64,000 nt of DNA from an uncultured Gammaproteobacteria bacterium (GTDB lineage Bacteria > Patescibacteriota > Microgenomatia > Daviesbacterales > UBA10151), in assembly GCA_964394855.1 (NCBI GenBank), contig CAYMZD010000001.1, positions 120,107-184,106 of the forward strand, given 5' to 3'. The position numbers and the translations under genes were made by a program. Numbering within the stretch: the first letter of the stretch is position 1; every line of letters begins with the position of its first letter. The notes below the pieces were generated by a model, which saw nothing but the letters and a program-made list of their open reading frames with translations, made no database searches and was not told the origin of the DNA. This document shows positions 1 to 9,113 of this stretch, one piece after another.

Positions 1-102
1 AACCCCATGGGGGGTTGTTAACTTCCCCAATCGCGCTTGTCCCTGTTGATGAAGGATTTTGAATGAAACCATCATCCAAAAATTCTACCATATTATACCG
101 AA

Positions 103-1815
103 TTATACCGAGGCAGCTAGAGTTTTTTTCTCCAACTTTTCCATTTCAATTTTAGCCCTGCCTTTAAAGAAGTCTCTATCATTTAGGTGTTCCTTGATTT
201 TTTCCGCCAGTTCATCACCGGCAATTATTTCCGGAATTATGACCCAATCAGCTCCTTTTTGATATAAAATTTGGGCATCAGCTACACTCTCTGTCCTCAC
301 AATCACTGGAACGCTGATATGCCTTGAGTGCAAGTCCTCTAGTAAAAGTAAGTTATCATCCAAATCAGAGGCCGTGGAAATAATAATTCTAGCATCCTCC
401 AGCTTTAAAGCATCTAAAACTTCAGGATCACCCATATCTCCATAAATGGCTCTCACATTTTCCTTTAGCAAGTTTTGGACATGGTTAGGATTAAAATCCA
501 AAACAATGTGGGGAATATTTTCTCTTTTCAAAAACTTGACAATGCCACCCCCCACTCTGTGTCCTCCAATTACCACCGCATGATTTTCCAAACCGTCATC
601 TTTTATTTTCTCCTCCAAGACATTTTGATAATCTTTTCTTTCAAAAAATCCGATCACCCGAGAGAGCTTTTTAAAAAGCTTTTTGGAATGGGTTATCATG
701 ATCGAGGCAAATATCATGGACAAAACGGCAGACAAAGCTACGGTGGTCAAGGCCGATTGAGATACCACTCCTAATTCAAATCCCACCAACATGATGATCA
801 AAGAAAATTCGCTGATGTGTGTTAGAGTCAGGGCGGTTTGGAACATGGTGTGCTTTCTAAATCCGAACATACCGAAAAGAAGCATAAAAATAGTCGGTTT
901 AATAAACAAGGTATAGACGGTAAAGATCAGCGTGACAGGTAGGATTTTGCCCAGCTCGTTAAACTGTACTTGAGTGCCTAAATAGACAAAAAACAGGGTG
1001 ACGAAAAAATCACGCAATGGTTTAACTTTTCCCTGGATCTGATAATGAAAGGGCGAGGAGGCCAGGGTCAAACCTGCCAAAAAGGCTCCAATCACTGCCG
1101 AAAACCCCAATGCCAAGGCAAAAGAGATATAAATAAAACACCAGGCCAGCGCTGTAATAAACAACAGCTCCGATTGTTTGGCAACGGCTTTGAAAACCTG
1201 CGGCAAGATTACTCTGCTTAAAACTACGGCCAGGCCAAAAAGAAATAAGGCCTTTAGAAAAATAGTCAAAAGAGGAAGGGTTTGCTGCAACCCCAGACCC
1301 AAAACCGAGGTGGAAACTGTTAAAAACATCAGTAGCACCACTGCTAGAAGATCTTCCAAAAGAAGGATGCCAACGGCTAATTTCCCATAAAGGGCGCTCA
1401 AATCTTTTTTGTCAATCAAAAGCTTAATTACCAAGATGGTTGAGGAAAAGGCCAGTCCCACACCCAGATACCAGGATTCCACTCCTCCAAATCCCAAAAG
1501 ACGGGACAGGGTTGAACCAGCTATGGTGGTAATGATAATCTGCAAAGTCCCGGCCACCAGTATTGGTTTACCCAAATTTTTGATCTCGCGAAAGTCAAGC
1601 TCCATACCAACCAAGAAAAGCACAAAAGCAATACCTATTTCGGGCAGGAAATGTAGTACTGCCGAAGCTCTGGGGTCAAAAATGGTGGTTGAAGCAATTA
1701 ACAACCCACCCAAAAGATAGGCAATTAAAAGTGGTAGCTTTAATCTAACTACGCCATAACCGACGCCAGAGGCCAGTCCCAAAATGATGGCCAGTTGTAT
1801 AAAAATGTTATCCAT
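103..1815 (-). CDS. CPA2-family monovalent cation:proton antiporter with C-terminal TrkA-N/RCK NAD-binding domain (KefB/KefC-like)
   Basis: About 12 predicted TM helices, then a Rossmann-like 'VVIGGHRVGGGIVKFL...HIVLDFNPNHV' segment typical of TrkA-N. Confidence 0.7.
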   Translation of the reverse strand: MDNIFIQLAIILGLASGVGYGVVRLKLPLLIAYLLGGLLIASTTIFDPRASAVLHFLPEIGIAFVLFLVGMELDFREIKNLGKPILVAGTLQIIITTIAGSTLSRLLGFGGVESWYLGVGLAFSSTILVIKLLIDKKDLSALYGKLAVGILLLEDLLAVVLLMFLTVSTSVLGLGLQQTLPLLTIFLKALFLFGLAVVLSRVILPQVFKAVAKQSELLFITALAWCFIYISFALALGFSAVIGAFLAGLTLASSPFHYQIQGKVKPLRDFFVTLFFVYLGTQVQFNELGKILPVTLIFTVYTLFIKPTIFMLLFGMFGFRKHTMFQTALTLTHISEFSLIIMLVGFELGVVSQSALTTVALSAVLSMIFASIMITHSKKLFKKLSRVIGFFERKDYQNVLEEKIKDDGLENHAVVIGGHRVGGGIVKFLKRENIPHIVLDFNPNHVQNLLKENVRAIYGDMGDPEVLDALKLEDARIIISTASDLDDNLLLLEDLHSRHISVPVIVRTESVADAQILYQKGADWVIIPEIIAGDELAEKIKEHLNDRDFFKGRAKIEMEKLEKKTLAASV

Positions 1816-2500
1816 TTCCTGTTAAATAACTTAAAGATTTTTTCAAATCCAAAGGCAGCGGGCTCTCTATCTCCATCCAAACTCCTGATACTGGATGTTT
1901 AAATCCGATCTTTTGGGCGTGCAAAAACATCCTCGGACACCATCTTTTATCCAGTCTGTTCATCTTTCTTCCCGCATACTTATCATCCGACACTATTGGG
2001 TGAAGGATATATTTTAAATGTACCCTAATTTGGTGTGTCCGTCCAGTCTTTGGTTTAACTCTTAGTAAGCTAAATTTAGCATACCCCATTTTTGTTAATT
2101 TCCGCATTTGAGAATTATTAAAGTCAGCAAAAATCTCCCTCAATAACTGCTCACTCATAACTCTTAACTCAATTTGCTCATATTCAGTGACTGCTTCTTT
2201 CCCTGCTTCTGTGACTGTAAATTTTTTTCTTTTTCGGGGGTTTCTGCCAATCGCCATCTCCACTCTTCCAGCAGCCTCAAGTTGACCATGAACCAATGCC
2301 AAATATTCTTTTTTGATTATTCTTTGTTTAAATTGAGATTGTAAATTCCAAAGGGCCTCTGGCCCTTTGGCCACCAGTAAAACACCTGATGTATCTTTAT
2401 CTAATCGGTGCGCCAGCATACCGGGAATCTCCGTCACAACCAAACCCGGAGGTTTATCCAACACAATCACTGCATCGTCTTCAAAGATTTTTTTTATCAC
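1808..2500 (-). CDS. RluA-family pseudouridine synthase
   Basis: 'HRLDKDTSGVLLVAKG' catalytic-Asp motif and 'HQIRVHL' motif of the RluA/RsuA family. Confidence 0.75.
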   Translation of the reverse strand: MIKKIFEDDAVIVLDKPPGLVVTEIPGMLAHRLDKDTSGVLLVAKGPEALWNLQSQFKQRIIKKEYLALVHGQLEAAGRVEMAIGRNPRKRKKFTVTEAGKEAVTEYEQIELRVMSEQLLREIFADFNNSQMRKLTKMGYAKFSLLRVKPKTGRTHQIRVHLKYILHPIVSDDKYAGRKMNRLDKRWCPRMFLHAQKIGFKHPVSGVWMEIESPLPLDLKKSLSYLTGNG

Positions 2501-2524
2501 AGGCTTTAATTATACTAATAACTT

Positions 2525-3568
2525 TTAGCTTTCTCTTTCCAATACAAAATCAGCCAAGTCTGTAAGCAACTTTTGGTATCTTGGATTACCGGTAATTTGA
2601 GGGATAAATTTTTTGCCTTTTTCTACTAATTTTCTCCCCAGAGAATGCGAATACTGCAGCGCTCCCACTTTTTTGATAATATTTTTGACTCTTTCTACCT
2701 CCTCTTTTTTCAAATTATGATTACCATAACAATGTTTCAAAAACTCTAGATCATCCCCTTTTGCTTTTTCCAATGCTTTAACAATTAAAACCGTCACTTT
2801 ACTCTCCCTTAAATCTGAATCAACTGGTTTACCCAACTGCTCTTCACTGGAAAACATCCCCAACTCATCATCACGGATTTGGAAAGCCACCCCCACCGGG
2901 ATGCCGAATTGTTTAATGGCCTTTAAACTTTCATCATCAGCCCCAGCTAACATTGCCCCAATTGACAGTGGTCCTGGGATAGTATATTCAGCAGTTTTAT
3001 AACGATGAACCTCTAGGGCGTTTTTTTCACTAAATCTTCCTTCCTCTTCATAAGTAATATCTAAAGCCTGACCTAAACCCACCTCCATTAGGAGACGACT
3101 TAAAAAATAAGTGACAGAGGATAAACTCTCTGGGGGGAAATTCAAAGAATTAAGCAGCCTATAGGCAAAAAATATACCTTCATCACCAATATCAATAGCC
3201 ATAGAAATACCGTAGTGGCGTCCAAATTCTTTTTCGTAAATCTTGTGCATGGTAGGCTTGCCTCGACGAAGCGTATCCTGATCCATGATATCATCATGAA
3301 TCAGCAAAAAGGAGTGGATAATTTCAATTACCAAAGAGGCTAAAAGCGCTTCCTTTTTATCTTTTCCCCCAAATATTTCATACCCCAAAAGTATCTCGCA
3401 CCCCCTTAGCTTTTTTCCTCCCCCCAGAAAGTTTTTATAATCATCAACCAAAGAACCAGCAATAGGAGCAATCTTGCTTACCTTTTTTCTTTCATTGTTA
3501 AATATTTTCTCAATAACAGGGTCTAAGTCTTGATTATATTGCTTTAGATAGTTAACAAATTTGTCCAT
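2525..3568 (-). CDS. trans-polyprenyl diphosphate synthase (IspA/GGPPS family)
   Basis: First Asp-rich motif 'LIHDDIMDQD' and second 'FQIRDDELG'. Confidence 0.8.
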   Translation of the reverse strand: MDKFVNYLKQYNQDLDPVIEKIFNNERKKVSKIAPIAGSLVDDYKNFLGGGKKLRGCEILLGYEIFGGKDKKEALLASLVIEIIHSFLLIHDDIMDQDTLRRGKPTMHKIYEKEFGRHYGISMAIDIGDEGIFFAYRLLNSLNFPPESLSSVTYFLSRLLMEVGLGQALDITYEEEGRFSEKNALEVHRYKTAEYTIPGPLSIGAMLAGADDESLKAIKQFGIPVGVAFQIRDDELGMFSSEEQLGKPVDSDLRESKVTVLIVKALEKAKGDDLEFLKHCYGNHNLKKEEVERVKNIIKKVGALQYSHSLGRKLVEKGKKFIPQITGNPRYQKLLTDLADFVLERES

Positions 3569-3586
3569 ATTGTTCCTTACGGGGGG

Positions 3587-3940
3587 TCATTTTTTCTTAC
3601 TACAAGAAAGGCAGCGGGTAGCTGTGGGCATTACTTCTAGTCTTTTAACTTCTATGTGCTTACCACAAACTTCACAATGGCCATATTTTCCCGTTTTCAA
3701 ATTTAGCAAAGACTGCCTGGTTTTAACTAGCAGATGTTGTAAATTTTGCCCAATAGCCACAGCCCTTCCGTGAACATCAGCCAACCAGCTTTCTGTACCT
3801 GGTTCAGAACTTTGGGCTAGCTGTTCCTCTTTGATGGGGTCTTCTTTCTCTACAGAACGAATCTCTTGCTCTATCTCCTTTTGTTGTCTCAAAAGCATTT
3901 TTTTTATTTTAGCGAATGTTTTCTGGGGTATGCTTAACAT
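3587..3940 (-). CDS. DksA/TraR-family C4-type zinc-finger protein
   Basis: C-terminal 'CEVCGKHI...CLSC' four-Cys finger after a coiled-coil-like N-terminus. True start is probably an internal Met, because the ORF overlaps lgt. Confidence 0.5.
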   Translation of the reverse strand: MLSIPQKTFAKIKKMLLRQQKEIEQEIRSVEKEDPIKEEQLAQSSEPGTESWLADVHGRAVAIGQNLQHLLVKTRQSLLNLKTGKYGHCEVCGKHIEVKRLEVMPTATRCLSCSKKK

Positions 3941-4880
3941 GCCACCTCCTTAATAATTTTTTTAGTCTATATATCCGCCAGTTCCACGAAATTTTGCTAT
4001 TTTGTACTACTGATTTAAACCCATTATACCAATTTGTCTTGAAGTTTATTATAATAGTTTTCCGAGCATTATTTTCAGTAAGGAAACTTACCAACAGTTT
4101 TTTTGCTAAAATTATATCTTCGGAAAAGCTCCGTTTACTGGTTTTATAAAAAACAGTCATACCCAGAATTAAAATAATCATGGCAAATATTTGTCCTCCT
4201 TCAGTCTTGGCTCTGAAAAAATCCATTAAAAATTTAACAACTCCCAGAAGTATTAGGCTTAAACTAATGATCTTTCCTCTGAAGTGAAATTTAGAAGCTA
4301 TTGGCCAAATTTTTAAAAGTATTATCAAAAAAATCGCCGCTTCAAAAAGTTGAATGGGAAATCTCTTCCCGACTGTTCCCACTACTGTGGTGGCAAAAAA
4401 AAGATTACTAGGAAGACCTATTGCGCAACCACCCAGAAAACAACCAATATCACCAAGAACCAACCCCCCCAAAAAACCAACTGCCGAAAGATCGGCAATC
4501 TGCCAAAAATCTACCTTTAGACGACGACTAAAAAAGGCCAAAGTTAGCCATCCGCCTAAAACTCCTCCCCAAAACTCAAGTCCTGGATATTTTGTCAGCA
4601 AAAGTGCACTCACTGGATTTTGACTAAAAAAATCCCAGTTAAAACTAATAAAAAATAATCTGGCCCCTAATAATCCTCCAAAAAATGTCAGCAAAACTAA
4701 ATCAAGAATTTTTTCCTCATCTAAATCCCAGGCCCTGGCTAGTCTCCAGACTAAAAAAGTGCCGAATAAAAAACCCAAGGCTAGGAAAAAGCCAAAACTG
4801 GATATAGAAATTTGCCCCACACTAAAAAGAACAGGTAACATAACCTTTAAAAGCCTAACAAACCCGAGACACTTTTGCAA
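3909..4880 (-). CDS. lgt: prolipoprotein diacylglyceryl transferase with C-terminal extension
   Basis: Aligns motif-by-motif with E. coli Lgt: 'PVLFSVGQISISSFGFF', 'GGLLGARLFF' and 'FWGGVLGG'. Confidence 0.75.
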   Translation of the reverse strand: MQKCLGFVRLLKVMLPVLFSVGQISISSFGFFLALGFLFGTFLVWRLARAWDLDEEKILDLVLLTFFGGLLGARLFFISFNWDFFSQNPVSALLLTKYPGLEFWGGVLGGWLTLAFFSRRLKVDFWQIADLSAVGFLGGLVLGDIGCFLGGCAIGLPSNLFFATTVVGTVGKRFPIQLFEAAIFLIILLKIWPIASKFHFRGKIISLSLILLGVVKFLMDFFRAKTEGGQIFAMIILILGMTVFYKTSKRSFSEDIILAKKLLVSFLTENNARKTIIINFKTNWYNGFKSVVQNSKISWNWRIYRLKKLLRRWHVKHTPENIR

Positions 4881-4952
4881 CTTGTTGACACATCCTGTTA
4901 TACTTAATGTTAAGATTTAAAGAAACGATACGATCACGATCGTCCAAAAATT

Positions 4953-5390
4953 ATGACTGCTACAGCACATGCACTGGTGGGAGGCGCTATTGCGGCCTCC
5001 ATTTCAAATCCTGTTATTGGACTTCCTCTAGCAGCTCTGTCTCATCCTTTAATGGACATGACTCCACACTGGGATTTTGGCTGTGGATGGAGGAAAAAAA
5101 ATAAGATTATTTTATTTGGGCAATCCTGTTTTGATGTAGCACTGGGGCTTTTTTTAACCTATCTTTTTTTTGGTAGAAGTGTTGACCTAACTTATTTGGC
5201 AGCAGCTGTATTTATATCTGAAGCCTGGGACCTGTTGATGGTGCCTTACCTTTTCGGTTTAAAATTCCTACCCTTTTCAGCATTTTACAATGTCCAATCA
5301 GCCATTAATGTCAATATCAAACTTCCCTGGGGAATATTAACTCAAGTTGCCACAGTAGTGGTGACAGTGCTTTTATTAAAAGTTTTTTAA
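4953..5390 (+). CDS. hypothetical small membrane protein
   Basis: Hydrophobic 145-aa ORF in an intergenic slot. An 'atcacgatcgt' motif lies 9 nt upstream of the ATG. Confidence 0.4.
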   Translation: MTATAHALVGGAIAASISNPVIGLPLAALSHPLMDMTPHWDFGCGWRKKNKIILFGQSCFDVALGLFLTYLFFGRSVDLTYLAAAVFISEAWDLLMVPYLFGLKFLPFSAFYNVQSAINVNIKLPWGILTQVATVVVTVLLLKVF

Positions 5391-5953
5391 CCTTTAACCC
5401 TTTCTACATATTGACCAGTTCTGGTATCCACCTTAACTTTTTCTCCCACTTTCATAAAAATTGGTACTTTAATATTGAGGCCATTTTCCAAAGTGGCATC
5501 TTTGTAAACATTAGAAACCGTATTCCCACGTTCTCCCGGTCCTGTTTCAGCAATGGTATAAATTAAGTTGATGGGTAGCTCCACAGATAAGGCCTCCCCT
5601 TCTGCCACAATCAAAGTTACCTCTAAACTATCCTTTAGATACTTGGCTTGATCGCCCATCACTGATATGGACAGCGGGAACTGTTCGAAGCTCACCGGAT
5701 CCATAAAATAAAAACTATCCCCATCACGATATAAATATTGGGCTTTTTTCTTCTCTATATTGGCTTCCTCTACTTTTGAGCCGGTGATAAAAGATTTTTC
5801 CAAAGTGGTACCGGAACGCAAATTTTTGACTTTTACTTTGACATTACCAGAACCCCGACCCATTTTGACATGGTCATAGGATAAAATCTGAAAGATATTG
5901 CTACCCTCTTTAAAAAAAGTACCGTTTCGAAGATCAGTAACATTTAATGCCAT
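5387..5953 (-). CDS. efp: elongation factor P
   Basis: N-terminus 'NDLRNGTFFKEGSNIFQILSYDHVKMGRGSGNVKVKVKNLRSG' is the classic EF-P KOW domain with the modified Lys loop. Confidence 0.9.
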   Translation of the reverse strand: MALNVTDLRNGTFFKEGSNIFQILSYDHVKMGRGSGNVKVKVKNLRSGTTLEKSFITGSKVEEANIEKKKAQYLYRDGDSFYFMDPVSFEQFPLSISVMGDQAKYLKDSLEVTLIVAEGEALSVELPINLIYTIAETGPGERGNTVSNVYKDATLENGLNIKVPIFMKVGEKVKVDTRTGQYVERVKG

Positions 5954-6020
5954 ATATTTCTACTTAGTATAATCCCACTGTAAACCAAATTCAATGATCT
6001 AACTAAATTAAATCCTCATT

Positions 6021-6055
6021 AAGACATTTATATCACGATCGTAATAGATTTGTCT
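6021..6055. repeat. 35-bp direct repeat copy 1 (aagacatttatatcacgatcgtaatagatttgtct), near-palindromic core tatcACGATCGTaata
   Basis: Identical to 6567..6601. Ends exactly at the stop codon of the 6056..6565 ORF. Confidence 0.9.
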
Positions 6056-6565
6056 CTAGCGACCGACATCATCAGACTCAATAACCATTACCCAATCCTC
6101 TATCCCAACCTGCTTGATAAAATCCCTTAAAGGTTTTGTGCAGTTAACTTTAGCTGCCCAAACACTTTTCTGCCAATGCGTAAAACCCCATTGTTTTAGT
6201 TTTGATCTCAACAGATCCCGAGCTGTTCTTCTTTTTTCCGGAATATCAAAGATCACCAACCTCCATCTTCCATCCCATCTCTGGGGAAATTCTTTGATTC
6301 TTGCCCAAATAGCTCGATCTTTACCTTTATCCGTCAATCTTAATATCAACTCTTCATCAGCAATTAATTCCACAAACCCACCCTCGCGTAACCGTTGTAG
6401 AGCTTTGGATAACGATGCTTTCTTGACAGGATAATCCCAGCCGAATCCAAATGGACCTGGATGATTTAAAAAATCATTGGCTCTAACAGTTCCGTCAATG
6501 GTTTTTTCCAGAGCCAGCAGGATGAAATTGGTAACTTTTCTATATTTGGTTAAAGGTTGCGGCAT
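6056..6565 (-). CDS. winged-helix DNA-binding domain fused to a Cas2/VapD-like domain (stand-alone Cas2-fold protein, possibly PaaX-like regulator)
   Basis: C-terminal 'RLVIFDIPEKRRTARDLLRSKLKQWGFTHWQKSVW' matches the Cas2 beta1-helix1 pattern (hhhhhYDIs..krr.kl.k.L..yG.rvQ.SVf). N-terminal 100 aa look like a wHTH. Confidence 0.55.
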   Translation of the reverse strand: MPQPLTKYRKVTNFILLALEKTIDGTVRANDFLNHPGPFGFGWDYPVKKASLSKALQRLREGGFVELIADEELILRLTDKGKDRAIWARIKEFPQRWDGRWRLVIFDIPEKRRTARDLLRSKLKQWGFTHWQKSVWAAKVNCTKPLRDFIKQVGIEDWVMVIESDDVGR

Positions 6566-6566
6566 A

Positions 6567-6601
6567 AGACATTTATATCACGATCGTAATAGATTTGTCT
6601 A
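6567..6601. repeat. 35-bp direct repeat copy 2
   Basis: Perfect copy of 6021..6055. Abuts the start codon of the 6056..6565 ORF on the minus strand. Confidence 0.9.
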
Positions 6602-6677
6602 GATGCCAAATCAATTCCGAATCATTTAATGTAAAATTAATGTAATTGTTAATATAAGTTGTTATAATTACACATGA

Positions 6678-6761
6678 GCCGAGGTGGCGGAATGGTAGAC
6701 GCGAAGGTCTCAAAAACCTTTGATCCAAAAGATCGTGTGGGTTCGACTCCCACCCTCGGCA
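6678..6761 (+). tRNA. tRNA-Leu (anticodon CAA), type II with 16-nt variable arm
   Basis: Manual cloverleaf: acceptor GCCGAGG/CCTCGGC, D-stem GCG/CGC, anticodon stem AAGGT/ACCTT with loop CTCAAAA, variable hairpin tgatc-caaaa-gatcg, T-arm GTGGG-TTCGACT-CCCAC, discriminator A. CCA is not encoded. Confidence 0.85.
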
Positions 6762-6765
6762 CATT

Positions 6766-8130
6766 TTAGGCTGCGGCTGGCAGTTCCTCTCTTTCCTCTT
6801 TGGCTGCCGGAGGTCGCCCCCTGGTTTTTTCCATGCCATAAAAACGCACTCTATCTGCTCTAAACATCAGTGGAATATCCCCGGTAGGTCCATTTCTGTG
6901 TTTTTGAATATCCAAAGTGACTTGTTCCGGCTTTTCCAGATCCTCACGGTAGATAAACATCACCACATCCGCATCTTGCTCAATGGCCCCAGACTCTCGT
7001 AAATCCGCCAGTTGGGGCTTTCTGGAACCACGCGCTTCAACTGCTCGGGAGAGTTGAGAAATGGCCAGCACTGGAATTTTAAGTTCTCTGGCCAAATTTT
7101 TTAAACCCTGGGAAATTTCCGAAACTTCCTGTACTCTATTTTCCAAATTCCGCCCACGGATAAGCTGTAAATAATCAACAATCAAAAGCTTTAGTCCGTA
7201 TTCAATCTGCAAACGTCTGGCTTTGGTTCTAATTTCAGCCAAGGATGCACCCGGGGTGTCATCAATAAAAAGAGGCGCCTCGGCCAATTCCCCCATGGAA
7301 AGTGACAGTCTGTCAAAATCTTTCTCATCCAAACGGCCGGTTTTTAACTTCCAAGCATCAATGTCGGCTTGTCCCACCAACAACCTGTCCACTAACTCTT
7401 CCTGGCTCATCTCCAAAGAGAAAATTCCCACTGGCAACCCTGCTGAAACAGCCACAAACTGGGCCACATTTAAAGCAAAGCTGGTTTTTCCCTGACCCGG
7501 CCGGGAAGCCAAGATTAGCAAGTTTGAATCCTGCATGCCAGCCAGCTTGGCATCTAAATCTCTAAAACCTGTGGGCACACCTCTTAAGCGTCCTGATGAT
7601 TTTTGCAGTTCATCCAAGCGGTCAAAACTTTCAGCCAGGGCATCTTTAATGGGAATAAAATCTCTTTTGACATACTCTTGGGATAGAGAAAAAATGCCTG
7701 CCTCGGCCGACTCCAGCAGCTCATCCACTGCACCAGCTTCTTCGTAAGAAGCCTCTATCAGCCTAGTTGATTGGGCAATTAAAGTTCTTTTAATGGCGTG
7801 CTCTTTAATGATTCTGGCATAATTTTCCACATGAGCAGAGGTGGGCACCATATTGATCAAGGTAGTTAAATAACCCACCCCGCCTATTTTATCCAACATC
7901 CCTGCTTTTTTAAGTTCTTCTGAAATAGTCACCAAGTCAATTGGCTCCCGCCTCTCAAATAAACTTTGCATGGCTGAATAAATTTGACCATGAGTATCAC
8001 TGCGGTAAAAATGGGCAGGATGTAAAATTTCTGCCACTCTGACTATGGCATCTTTATCAATTAATAAGGCCCCTAATAGGGATTGCTCTGCCTCAATATT
8101 TTGCGGTGGAAGTTTAGGCTGATTTGGCAT
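6766..8130 (-). CDS. dnaB: replicative DNA helicase
   Basis: N-terminus 'PPQNIEAEQSLLGALL', Walker A 'SRPGQGKTSFALN', and 'LLIVDYLQL' then 'SQLSR' RecA-fold motifs. Confidence 0.9.
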   Translation of the reverse strand: MPNQPKLPPQNIEAEQSLLGALLIDKDAIVRVAEILHPAHFYRSDTHGQIYSAMQSLFERREPIDLVTISEELKKAGMLDKIGGVGYLTTLINMVPTSAHVENYARIIKEHAIKRTLIAQSTRLIEASYEEAGAVDELLESAEAGIFSLSQEYVKRDFIPIKDALAESFDRLDELQKSSGRLRGVPTGFRDLDAKLAGMQDSNLLILASRPGQGKTSFALNVAQFVAVSAGLPVGIFSLEMSQEELVDRLLVGQADIDAWKLKTGRLDEKDFDRLSLSMGELAEAPLFIDDTPGASLAEIRTKARRLQIEYGLKLLIVDYLQLIRGRNLENRVQEVSEISQGLKNLARELKIPVLAISQLSRAVEARGSRKPQLADLRESGAIEQDADVVMFIYREDLEKPEQVTLDIQKHRNGPTGDIPLMFRADRVRFYGMEKTRGRPPAAKEEREELPAAA

Positions 8131-8719
8131 GGCTTAAGATTGCTACCATTGGTTCAGTTGGTAGTTTGTCTTTAGTCATAGAAAGTTTTGCTTGAGGAAT
8201 TCCCCCTTCTGCTCCCAGTTCTTTTAAAAACTTAGTCCTATCTTCCCCATTGGGAATGGGAATGATAATTTTTGGTTCAAGCTGGGCTACAGCTTTGACT
8301 GAACCTAAACCTAAAATTAAAATATCAGTTTCATCAATCTCTTCAGACTCCTCGTCTGTTAAATTTTTTTGGCTCAAGCCCAAGTAAACTACTCTTACCC
8401 CATCCATGGTGATATGGTAAATGGTATCTCCATTCCTTTTTATGCCTGTAATGACTACTCCTTTTGATTCATACTCACCAGGACCATTAAAAACTAAACC
8501 AGCACCATCTTTCCCCAAGGTAATATCAGCTTCCACTCCCTTTGTGGGGTTGATCACTAAACTGGCTTCTTTACCCTTGAGTCTAAATGCAGCATTACCT
8601 AACCAATAGATATCCATTTGTCGGCTAATTCTATCAAAAAGTTCTTCGGTTTGACAATATGCTAAAATATGAACAATGCTCAAATTAACCAAAGTTTTAT
8701 CAACCAAAACATTTGTCAT
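8114..8719 (-). CDS. MBL-fold/UPF0173-like metal-dependent hydrolase (tentative)
   Basis: 'DIYWLGNAAFRLKGKE...LVINP' resembles the N-terminus of the UPF0173 beta-lactamase-fold family. Weak. Confidence 0.35.
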   Translation of the reverse strand: MTNVLVDKTLVNLSIVHILAYCQTEELFDRISRQMDIYWLGNAAFRLKGKEASLVINPTKGVEADITLGKDGAGLVFNGPGEYESKGVVITGIKRNGDTIYHITMDGVRVVYLGLSQKNLTDEESEEIDETDILILGLGSVKAVAQLEPKIIIPIPNGEDRTKFLKELGAEGGIPQAKLSMTKDKLPTEPMVAILSHAKSA

Positions 8720-9113
8720 TTCCCAAACTTTAATTCTTTTTCTTTTCCTAATCCTTTTAGGAGGACTTCACTATATTGTTAATATCCAGTATCAGAAACC
8801 GACCAAATATTCACTGCTGGGCCCCGTGACTACCAAACCGGTTTCCTTCACACTGGAAGTACAAAATCCAGACGATAGCTCCCTGGTTTTTCAGAAAAAC
8901 ATACTGATCTCTGGTAAAACTAACCCCAAGCTGCCAGTTCTTTTAAGTAGCCAATTTAATGATCAAGTCATTGAATCAAGGGAGGATGGTACTTTTTCCA
9001 GTGAATTTAGTCTGAAGGAAGGTGTCAATGAGATAAAAATTGCAGTTTTCAATGCCACTGGAGAAGAGCGGTCACTTCAAAGAACTGTCTACTATTCAAA
9101 GGAAAAAATATGA
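8676..9113 (+). CDS. hypothetical membrane-anchored protein
   Basis: Single N-terminal TM helix, rest hydrophilic. Confidence 0.4.
   Translation: MLKLTKVLSTKTFVISQTLILFLFLILLGGLHYIVNIQYQKPTKYSLLGPVTTKPVSFTLEVQNPDDSSLVFQKNILISGKTNPKLPVLLSSQFNDQVIESREDGTFSSEFSLKEGVNEIKIAVFNATGEERSLQRTVYYSKEKI

Noticed and set aside
59-262. 67-aa + strand ORF
   Set aside because: Antisense to the well-supported Kef-type antiporter gene. No motif and no promoter/SD.
4881-4952. Sigma70 promoter call from 'ttgaca' at about 4884
   Set aside because: No acceptable -10 hexamer at 16-18 nt spacing (candidates at 8, 14-15 or 19 nt only).
6021-6601. Possible minimal CRISPR array (two identical 35-bp repeats)
   Set aside because: Only two copies, separated by 511 bp, which is a complete gene rather than a 25-45 bp spacer. 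No leader and no further repeats. Treated as direct repeats flanking a gene instead.
6573-6839. 88-aa ORF on the minus strand
   Set aside because: It lies almost entirely across the tRNA-Leu gene and the dnaB 3' end, so it is an artefact of ORF calling.
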